DNA of 58,780 bases, the filler included, from Sphacelaria rigidula (lineage: Eukaryota): assembly GCA_964200075.2 (NCBI GenBank). It is 8 parts of 8 records of this genome, joined end to end, with 100 filler letters (N's around TTAATTAATTAA, not from the genome) between each part and the next. Parts side by side here need not be neighbours in the genome. Positions count along the whole stretch, not along the records: positions 44,163 to 51,421 come from CAXNAA020015733.1; positions 51,522 to 58,780 come from CAXNAA020015734.1; 6 more parts are not named here. One strand, written 5' to 3'. A program made the position numbers and the translations under genes. This document shows positions 49,914 to 58,780 of this stretch, piece after piece (within the stretch, counting starts at the first letter, position 1; every line of letters begins with the position of its first letter). The notes under the pieces are model-generated. The model did no database searches. It saw nothing but the letters and a program-made list of their open reading frames with translations, and had not been told where the DNA came from.

Positions 49914-51859
49914 GTATGATGAGATTTTAGTCTCCGCACTTGGCGGTACAACTTGTCCATGCACAACACATCATTTATTTGTGGCTTAAAATATCACATA
50001 CGGATCTCAACACGAAGCAATGCTAATGCTGCTGTGGTGGTAGGTGCACCTTCTGCGCAAAATCTTGTCTGCTTCAGGGGTTCCTAACGATTCCAGATGC
50101 CCACGAACATGGGACAGGGCATCCCCGTTTGCCAATTCTTTCGGCATATCCTTAGCACATTATTGTAATCCTGGCCTACTCTCACATATTTCATGAGTCA
50201 GTCGTGTTTGAGAGATGAAGGGCTTCAAACAATTCTAGCCTCGGAAATTTTGTGCACCCCTACCGTAGCATCACACTCTACAGTACAGGCTTCCCTCCCC
50301 ATAGTTGTGTGTTGTGTGTTGCCATCCTTATTCTGCTCTCCAGTGTGGAGGTTCATGATCTCAGCCTTCAGCCTTCGCTTCGTGGAGAGCTAATAAGAGG
50401 ACCGGACGCCAAGAAACGTGGTGTTCGCACGCAGGGGCCTTTTGTGTGTGTGTGTATCGGCATCATTTATTTTCATTAGTTTTCTAAGTAAAAATGATGC
50501 CGATTCACAAACAGGCCACTGCGTGCGCGAACACCAAGTTTCTCGGGATTCGGTCGCCAGGGGTTTGCCCTTGGATGGCGAGAATAGGTCATGTGTTGAA
50601 TTGGCATCAATTTCAGTTGAAAAAAGGATGCATGATCCAGATGGACTATCCTCGCGGTCTAAAGGCCAACCCTTTTGAAACCATCGATGGAAAAGTGACC
50701 AACTGTTGTTGATGCAGCCCACCAAAACGGTACACCGCACTTGACTCTCAGACCGCGAAGGTAGTCCATCTCGATCACGCATACTTTTTTCAAGTGAATC
50801 TTGATGCCGATTCAGCTGGTGAACTACCCTCGCGGTCGAAGGGTTAAGTTCAAGTACAGCATACCATGTGACAGATTCGTGCACCAAACTCGAAGCAGTG
50901 ACGTTTTCCCGATGACGACCTTTCGCGAGTTCCAAAACGGTCAAGATGCGACTGGGTGAGGCAACGCACGTGTCCGGATCTAATTTGTACGCCCAAGATA
51001 GTATTAAGAGGCCGCGCCGACCGAACTCGCTCACTGTGAATACGCGCAGTATCTACTCCACTGTACGATATGTGGTGCTCTCTCATGAGTTACACGCTGT
51101 ACCACAGTCTACTCGTGCCAAGTACGAAATGAAATTTCAGCCAGACCCCTGGTTGCTGCATATCCTTGAAGCAGATCTTTGCGTAAGTTCCCCCGCGAAC
51201 GTGGGACCTACAGCTCGTCCTGCTGCTCTCAAATGTGTTGCGCGAGCGATGTCCTGTTTACCCAACGTTTAGGGTCCGATTTTTCGTGGATCCGATTTTA
51301 TTTCCCGATTTTCCTTTTACCCTAACATGGGGTGGTAGCCTGTGACCACGCAAGACGTCCGAGTCAGATGCCCAGTACAGCACTGCGCAGATACCGGAAC
51401 GGCTTTTTAATGTGAAGACAANNNNNNNNNNNNNNNNNNNNNNNNNNNNNNNNNNNNNNNNNNNNTTAATTAATTAANNNNNNNNNNNNNNNNNNNNNNN
51501 NNNNNNNNNNNNNNNNNNNNNGTGGTGTGTTCGGCGAGTCGCATGGAGGGTGAGCTGCATCCTGTGAACATTGTTCGGCCCGAAGCCTACGTTAAGCAGT
51601 GGGGGGGGTGCATGATACATCGACAGCAGCCATGCTCACATTGACACTCCCCTAGCATAGTCGGAAACAACAGTAGGGAACGTGGCCTCGTCGTGTGCAA
51701 GTCGTGGCTTGGGCATCGCAAACCACGAACGCTGCAGGCCGTGCGCTAATGGGCCTTCCCACGACGAAATGCCAAGAACACTGACCGATGCACTCAGTGA
51801 CACGAGCCTCCTCCACACCACTACACTTGTCTCGAAACCCTCGCTACGAATGTGTTCAG

Positions 51860-52093
51860 GTGTTGGCGGTGTTCGTGCATGTAAACTGGCTAATAGTCGG
51901 GAAAGTCTCGGCCGACTTTACGACAAATCAAAGCGCCTGGCGAAGCATGCTCCGAACATCGCTGGGAGAGGCGGAGAACTTTTATCCTGAGATCTTGGGA
52001 GCTGTACCCGACATCGGCCCGGTGGTGGTAATCCTGTACCAGGTGTTGGGCATAGTGTTGCTGCTCAACGTGCTCATTGCCATCTTTTTGGAG
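51860..52093 (+). CDS. Polycystin-2/TRP-like cation channel, S5-pore-S6 exon
   Basis: CAG acceptor and GTAAGA donor, 78 codons: VLAVFVHVNWLIVGKVSADFTTNQSAWRSMLRTSLGE...IGPVVVILYQVLGIVLLLNVLIAIFLE, matching the PKD2 pattern F.T....FR..LGD...GP...LLNMFLAII. Confidence 0.85.
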
Positions 52094-52744
52094 GTAAGAA
52101 GTCGTTCGGGGAGAGAGAGAGAGAGAGAGCTCTGCAGTGTGGTACTTCCGTGGCCGGCTTGCCCTGATGAGTGACCTCGTACCTTCCCTGTTTTGAGCGA
52201 GACTGCAGCACTTTCGGAGCCTTGCAGGCCGGGGGTGTCGCGTAGCGGATGCAGTATTTGGTCTGATGTCGGCAGCAATCTGAAGGGTTGTGCACAGAAG
52301 ATTTGGCGGCGGGTCCCTCGAGAAGCACTACAATTGAGAATGCTGTACCAAGGAATCTCAAGTGATCAGTGCTTTTGTGGCACCTTCATCCGTCGCGACT
52401 TCGTGTCTGCCAGCCACCAGGAATTCTGAGAGCCACGCAAGCTATACTCAGTACCAAAAAGACACTAGCGTATTCGACTGCACATGCAAAGTACGTGTGT
52501 GCATCCTTCGGGGAATACTTGTCGTTGTTCTCCAACTCGTCTGAAACTACCCACACCGAGACAGAACGATTCAGATCTACACTCGTACCGACGTACATAG
52601 CCAAGCCTTCTCGCATGACCACCGTGACACGTGTGTTGTCCGCGTATTCATATCTTTTTTTCAAAGCGTGTTTCAGTTTCGTTTTTTTTGGGTAGGTCGA
52701 TCATGACACCACGGCTGGATCCCTGGGGGGTCATTTGAAGTGCG

Positions 52745-52776
<32 letters not shown>

Positions 52777-55700
52777 CTTCCTCAGCCGATTCAAGGATGT
52801 TCATGTGAGATGTTTCGCGGCAGAGTCGATCATGTATATTTCCGCACACGCCGAGGGGGATCCTCCAAACCAGGTCGCGGTGTCACTCGCCGACGCCAGT
52901 GCTTACCGTTACCGGGAACGCATATGTTACCGGGAACGCATATATACCGTTTCGAAACGAAATGCTTGGATCGTTGATTCTTTCATACGGTTGGGTATAA
53001 ACCCGTCACGACTCGAGAAGAGCATTATGTTGTGGTTCGGATTTTCCCCCGCAATTTGCACACGACCCAGAAGAATCACGCATATACTTTTTTCCAAAGC
53101 CTTAGACAGCGACCCCCCCCCCCCCCCCCCCCCACCCCCCCGCGCGCAAACACAACAAAAACAAAAAGCAAAAAACAAACAACAAACCACNNNNNNNNNN
53201 CCCCCCCCCCCCCCCCCCCGCGACGCGCAGAGGGCCCCCCAACAAGGCAACGCAAAGAACAGGTCCCCCCCCCCCCCCCCCCAGGTAGGCTGAGATCGAC
53301 TACGCTACATTTGGGGTTCAAAACAGCTTTGATCCCGCTACACAAAACATCATTTTTCATGAACATGTGGATGTTTAGCATCAATATAGAAAATATTCCC
53401 GGTGAATCAGGCAAGAAACAACCAGCGTGCCATCGCTCTCCACTGAACAAACACACAGTGTGAAGCTATGCTGGCAACACATGAGGAATCAGGCAGGCTG
53501 TATAGACCACGAGCAGACTAACAAGCACGTACGTTATTTGTGCCCATGTTATCGATGGCTAAATCGTCGTGAACGAAATGGGAGCTGCGGCTACACAGCG
53601 AAGTAGTCCATCTGTAGTCCATCTGCAGGGGAACAACGTGACAATTTTGATAGCCGTGATCGGTCAGAATGGTCACTCCGCTTTACTCGGGCCTCTTTTT
53701 TTACTCATGATTTTCCGTGGGAAACTTTTATACACACACGGTAGACTTCGTAAGTTTTTCGGCTGTTCTGCGAATAGGCCCAAACCCCCTTTCAGGACCC
53801 CCCCCCGCCCCCTGGAAACCCCCTCCCTGATTACGCTGGACTGTCAGCATGCAAAACTGTTCCGAGGCGACGCTCGCTGTCCAAGGGTTATGAAGTTGGG
53901 TTATACTCTTTGGTAACAGGAAAGGTAGAAATGAAGGGAGAATATTTCCGAGTCCCAGTGAAACAGAGAGCGAGCAAGGAGTAGATATGTTTATACTAGA
54001 ATGTTTAGAATGTTTGCCCAATTTCGAGATGGGTATGGAGATCTAAATATTTTGACGTCCGCTTCAAAGTTGAACATACGAGAGCTTTCTTTGCACGTGA
54101 AAAGCCTTTCCCATGATCTACTGTAGATGTACACCCTGCCAATGCATGTAGAGGATACGGAGCCACGGTTAGAGTTGGATATAGAGTTTGGGCTAGAGCA
54201 GGGGTGCATTCCCCCCCGCGCGCGCCCCCCGCCCCCCGCACACCATGGAGGGTGAGAACCCAACTGTTGGGCACTCAAAAAACTTGATGTTTTTTGGTAT
54301 CTGCACAACTAGATATCTCAATTGATGTATGTGTCTCTTTGTATATAGTACCGTCCGCCAGGTGCTTCTATTGAGTGACACTAGTACTGTCTGTGGAGTA
54401 CAACATACGAAGTGGGCAAGGATTTCGGACAGGTACGCGGAAGATGCTGTTCAACTTCCCTGGTGGTTCATAACTATCTGTGAAAATTGGACTGCACCAC
54501 ACGACACTGACTCAAAAACTTTCACGACAACATGCGTTCATTGGCAAGCACTGCTCTACATGAAGAGGCTCACACCCATTGTCTCGGCCTCTAGTGGACT
54601 GAAGTCGCCCACTTCCTGCTGAAACTCAGGAGAAGCATAGAATTGACCACGTAAATCACCGTCCTCCCTGCCCCCTCAAATCCACCAAGTTCCAACTCTG
54701 GGGGGTATAGATATCTTTAAAGTTGAAAAACGGGCACCCTGCTAAGTCGGGCTCCGTATTGGAGCTCATGTGGCTAGGTGGCAAGGTGCCGTCCTCGCAC
54801 ATGGAGTCGTACACCTACCTGTTAAGTTTTAGTGTGACATCGGCTTGATAGAAAAGATGAGCACTACTGGTCGCGGGATGCACAAATAAACATATATGAA
54901 TATAACCCGTGTCGCGATCCCTTCTGTGGGGACTGCGGCAGGCATATCGGGGAGTCATTGCGGGCATGCGAGACGAGGATACCATCTTCCAGTCGCTGAC
55001 GGCCTTCTTGGGAATGACCTTGTGAGAGTTTATTTTTACAGAGAATATTGCGTGCGTCGACTAGACTTCAGTGGGTAGATTCGATTTTGCTGCTCTTTCG
55101 TAGATCCACCACGACGCTTAGACTTACACCTGGCCCCCGATACATGAGTGGTTTGTGATGCGTTTGGCTTTATTCGAACCTTGCGCGTATTTATGCTCGT
55201 GTGTGTATCTAAGTGTATGATTTCCAACCTGATGAAAATACGCAAAGTGAACTGCGGGACGGCTTTCGACGGCAACAGGTTGAATTATTTGTCAAATCGA
55301 GTGTGCAATGCCTACTTTTTTTTTCTGTTGGTCGATGCTAGGTATAAGCGTCTCCCGCTACTGTATCGTCGAAATATTTTTGTATTTTCGACCATGTCTT
55401 CGGTTTACCCCACATGTCCCTCTGCTGCCATGACAGCACCATTAACCCTTCGGGTCCAGGTAAATAATTGCCCGTCCGCCGAAACACCCCACGCCCTGCT
55501 CGCGTTCGCCTCGCGATTACCAGACTATCCTTGCGCGCACGACTGCGATGGGCTCGTAGTTATCTACGATGGAGAATGCATAGAAGACGAGTACAATCTG
55601 AGCGACCCTCTCTCAAAGTGGGTTTGCAAGGGCCCACGGGCGTGATAGGCGTCGACGGCTTGCCTGTGGTGATGGTGAGGAGACCGGATCCCTCCGAGGC

Positions 55701-56436
55701 TGAGCTGGTGGAACGGCAACTGTCGTACAACTGTCCCAGATATATCACGGTGCGTGTGATAGCCGCGAAATGTTTTTGACAATGAATTCCATCACATTAT
55801 GCGTCTGTCAGGGCGTGTCTGAACAGATAGACTCGAAGTCGAAGTCAGAATTAGATTACGATCCCATTCGAAGTCAATTTCGATTTCGCGTTGCAGATCT
55901 GGGTCCAGCACCGGCAGCGAAGGTGCTTTTGGACATGCATTATAGTTTCGGGCTTATAACGACCATCAGTAACAGCAGAAACTGATAAACCACAGCCCAT
56001 CCAAGAGGTTCTTACATTGACCGAGAATTGCACTGGAACCAAGATGGTTCACGATAGCTCTCGCGATAGCTCTTACTCAATCAACTATGGTGCGCGTTTT
56101 GGGCCTCGGTCCGTCAAGAAACGAGGTGGCAATAGCTGTTTTCGCAGAAACGCGCGGCCCGAATGGGGCCAACATTCACGTCTCGGGCTGGGAAGACTCA
56201 TCATACTTGCTATTGCTGCTCGCCCAATGCAGAAGCAAGATCACATATTTTTTCAAAGTTGTACGTGATGTAGTGAGGATATCCATGCACGTGTGCCCGA
56301 TTATGCGTGCCTCGGAACGTGGGTTTGCGTCTCGGAAGCTTTCAAAGCACGCTGACGGTCGTGCAAGCATTCCACGCCTCGTTTCCAATAAAAGGTTTCG
56401 ACTTTTCAATCGCATGCGTTGGTTTCAGCGGAGGAC

Positions 56437-56720
56437 GGGGGGGGGGTACTCATGATCTTGCGTGCCGTGGTCATTTGATAATTGACCTCGCATCCCTAAA
56501 AAGCCGGGACGGAGCACGCCGGCTTTTCGCCGGACTAGGCTCGCAGTTAATCACCAAGCGCGTAGCGCCGTTATCTATTCGGCAAGTTGCATGAAGGGTG
56601 AGCTGCATCCTGCTACGATTTTTCGCCCGAAGCGTACTGATTACTTTTCACTTGGATGACAGCCTCGAATGAGTTGCTTCATTTTCTGGTATCGCCACTT
56701 CCAGAGACAGCCACGGGTTC
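56437..56720 (-). mobile_element. LINE-derived family B fragment
   Basis: G-run then TACTCATGATCTTGCGTGCCG...CCAGAGACAGCCACGG. Confidence 0.8.
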
Positions 56721-56765
56721 CGCACTTCCTCACAGGTGTCTCACCATAGGTGAGGTGTGTGTGCG

Positions 56766-56806
<41 letters not shown>

Positions 56807-56808
56807 GA

Positions 56809-56856
56809 GTGTACTCATGATCATGCGTGCCATAGTCATCAGACCATTGACCTCGC
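56809..56856 (-). mobile_element. ~48-nt family B fragment with probable TSD, beside a (TG)n microsatellite
   Basis: GTGTGTGTAGG occurs on both sides of GTGTACTCATGATC...TTGACCTCGC. Confidence 0.65.
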
Positions 56857-57507
56857 GCGCGTGTGTGTAGGGGGGGGTCGGGATATCGAGAGCCGTTTTG
56901 TTGCCGTTCAGTGTAGTAGCTCAATCACAACAATATACTCATGTTCGATGTTCGATTTTGACTGCACCATTGTTGTTACGACACGTGCATAGCCTTGTGA
57001 GAGCTCTTTCTAGGCTCGACTCCCGTCGAGCCAATCATAGGGCTGACTTCCTGAGTGATTCGGATGGAAACCGTCGAAGAAGAGTATTTTTGTGGAGATG
57101 AAATATCCCTCTTGCATTCTAGTACAACGTGTCTACGACCGCCTCGTCATTAGCGAGCTCTTCGATGCGCTTATCGTGTGAACCATGGAGTGTGAACAGG
57201 GCTTCCACTGTGGTCAAGCATTCAAGTTCTTCGAGGAATTGGCACCAGGAAAGCATCCTTTGTGGTGTGAAGCAGTAAACCGGTCCACAACACAAGCCCA
57301 CCCACCGGAAAAGTACAGGAGACAGTTCCGAGTTCGACCATGTTTTCGGGCAACCACGTAACGCAACGGAGTGGGAATTGGCAAGCGTGCCTATGCTGTA
57401 GGGATTACGCGTTGGTTTCCGGCTTCAGTGGTGCGCGTGGCAATATCCGTCTCTCTTGTTTCCGTTCCTTGGGCCGCGCGCGTATTGCCTCCCTACTCGC
57501 TTCGTAG

Positions 57508-57735
57508 GTGACAGAGATGCAGGCGTTGATCGAAGCAACCCCGGTGCCGCGGCATGTTGCCGAACGCATGGTGCGAAGGATAGTGCATCACTGGGTTTTC
57601 GACAGCGACGAGAAGATGGCACCGAGCGCTTACGTGCCTTATTGGCGTGGAGGAGGAGACGGGGACGGAGCCATTGAATTACCACCCACGCTTCGGCGAC
57701 GCAGCAATGGGGGGTCAAAAGTAGACTATATGTAG
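57508..57735 (+). CDS. Probable terminal exon, possibly of the polycystin-like gene
   Basis: Pyrimidine-rich TTCGTAG acceptor, GC-rich open frame VTEMQALIEATPVPRHVAERMVRRIVHHWVF...VDYM*; linkage to 51860-52093 not shown. Confidence 0.5.
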   Translation: MTEMQALIEATPVPRHVAERMVRRIVHHWVFDSDEKMAPSAYVPYWRGGGDGDGAIELPPTLRRRSNGGSKVDYM

Positions 57736-57765
57736 AGCTGTGTGTTAAAATGTCCTTTCGCACAT

Positions 57766-58161
57766 AGGGTCTTGCTATTTACGTCAACATTGACGTCATC
57801 TTTTACATCCGTCAATGTTCAGCATCCGTCCCACAAGCCCCGCATGGACACAGCAACACATGTAAAACACTCACACAGTCTCTAGCTATCGTCCAAGCCA
57901 TCGCACGGAGCAAACGGACCCGTAACGGATGAGATACATACTTATGGCAGAGTGAGCACTCTTGTGGCATGCCACCATGCATCATGCATGTATCTCATCC
58001 GTTACGGGTCCGTTTGCTCCGTGCGATGGCTTGAACGATAGCTAGAGACTGTGTGAGTGTTTTACATGTGTTGCTGTGTCCATGCGGGGCTTGTGGGACG
58101 GGTTCTGAACGTTGGCGGATGTAACAGATTACGTCAACGTTGACGTAAATAGCGAGACCCT
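57766..58161. repeat. Near-perfect long inverted repeat (hairpin RNA or foldback element)
   Basis: Arms 57766-57939 and 57988-58161 (174 nt each), gapless, about 8 differences, 48-nt loop. Confidence 0.9.
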
Positions 58162-58182
58162 CGCATTTATCTTGATGTACTC

Positions 58183-58270
58183 TGTGACGGTTTATAGGCA
58201 ACGGATTAGACTACCGTACAGTCAGCGCTGACTGTACGGTAGTCTAATCGGTTGCCTATAAATTGTCACA
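58183..58270. repeat. Loop-less palindrome
   Basis: TTTATAGGCAAC(G/C)GATTAGACTACCGTACAGTCAGC mirrored about 58226/58227, one mismatch in 36 bp. Confidence 0.9.
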
Positions 58271-58731
58271 ACTCACAGCCCTCCGTGGCACGTGGTCTCG
58301 AGCGCAGGTTGATACCTTCGTCTCTACAGTAGTCGGGGGTGCACGAGCAGGATTGAGCCGTTTGTTGGAATTATATACCGGTCTTCGGATGTCAGTATTT
58401 ATATCGAGTATACTCGTATTTTCTTGTGCTGTGTTGATATCGTCATACCGTCGTGTGTGAGGTATGGTCTCGGTTTCGCCCTCTCGCATCTGGTGGAAAT
58501 CCGTATAGCTCGCAAGCGCCTCAATCAGATCGCTAAATTAAATCAGCACGCCTCAGTCGAGCGATGCAGCCCGGCGCATGAGAAGCGCGTGAGAAAAGTA
58601 AGTCACAGAAAAACAAATCAGAACCGAGGGTCCAAGCGAGGGTACGATTGATCAAAGGAATGAGACAGAAGAGCAAAGCGGCGGATTCCGGCTAGGCAGT
58701 TAAATGTTTCACCCCCCCCCCCCCGTCAATG

Positions 58732-58780
58732 TGCTCCGTCTCGAAAGGGATGCGTGGTCAATGGTCAAATGACTAAGGCA
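58732..58780 (+). mobile_element. Family A LINE-end module cut by the window end
   Basis: C-run, 7 nt, then TGCTCCGTCTCGAAAGGGATGCGTGGTCAATGG. Confidence 0.8.

Noticed and set aside
7262-51521. ~7.36-kb periodicity and repeated TTAATTAATTAA as a biological array
   Set aside because: Artificial spacer inside N runs; the period reflects size-sorted contigs
52155-52210. CCTGATGAG...CGAGAC as a hammerhead ribozyme
   Set aside because: GAAA is replaced by GAGA and I could not build convincing flanking helices
53112-53282. Poly-proline ORFs around the 10-N gap
   Set aside because: C-homopolymer, low-quality sequence flanking a gap
56820-56850. CTGATGA on the minus strand of family B as a hammerhead ribozyme core
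   Set aside because: No properly placed GAAA or helix II, and family A has CAAACGA/CAAATGA at that position
55525-57300. Extra exons of the channel gene (55525-55750, 57120-57300)
   Set aside because: Frames contain stops or shifts and I could not join them consistently to the pore exon

Overview
Eukaryotic, intron-rich, repeat-dense DNA, most likely from a brown alga (inferred from gene structure and repeat types, not tested). The window is not one locus. It is eight unrelated contigs of 7261, 7261, 7261, 7260, 7260, 7259, 7259 and 7259 bp, sorted by length and joined by artificial 100-nt spacers (44 N + TTAATTAATTAA + 44 N). Recognisable gene pieces are the last exon of 26S proteasome ATPase RPT6, two exons of a GT1 (sterol glucosyltransferase-like) glycosyltransferase, the S5-pore-S6 exon of a polycystin-2/TRP-like channel, a two-exon extremely acidic ~343-aa protein, and a head-to-head pair of paralogous signal-peptide exons. 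Mobile DNA includes a decayed intron-containing Helitron Rep gene, a Copia 5' end (LTR, PBS, gag), a Gypsy integrase remnant, a decayed hAT element, a tRNA-derived SINE, and MITEs with hAT-, P-, piggyBac-, Tc1/mariner- and CAC-type ends. Two observations stand out. First, two abundant LINE 3'-end families end in C-runs rather than poly(A) and sit at G/C-runs, with 11-13 bp TSDs where flanks are readable; one family recurs as a ~66-nt module with the same start base and a predicted fold shared with the other family. Second, three long gapless imperfect hairpins look like miRNA/siRNA precursors.
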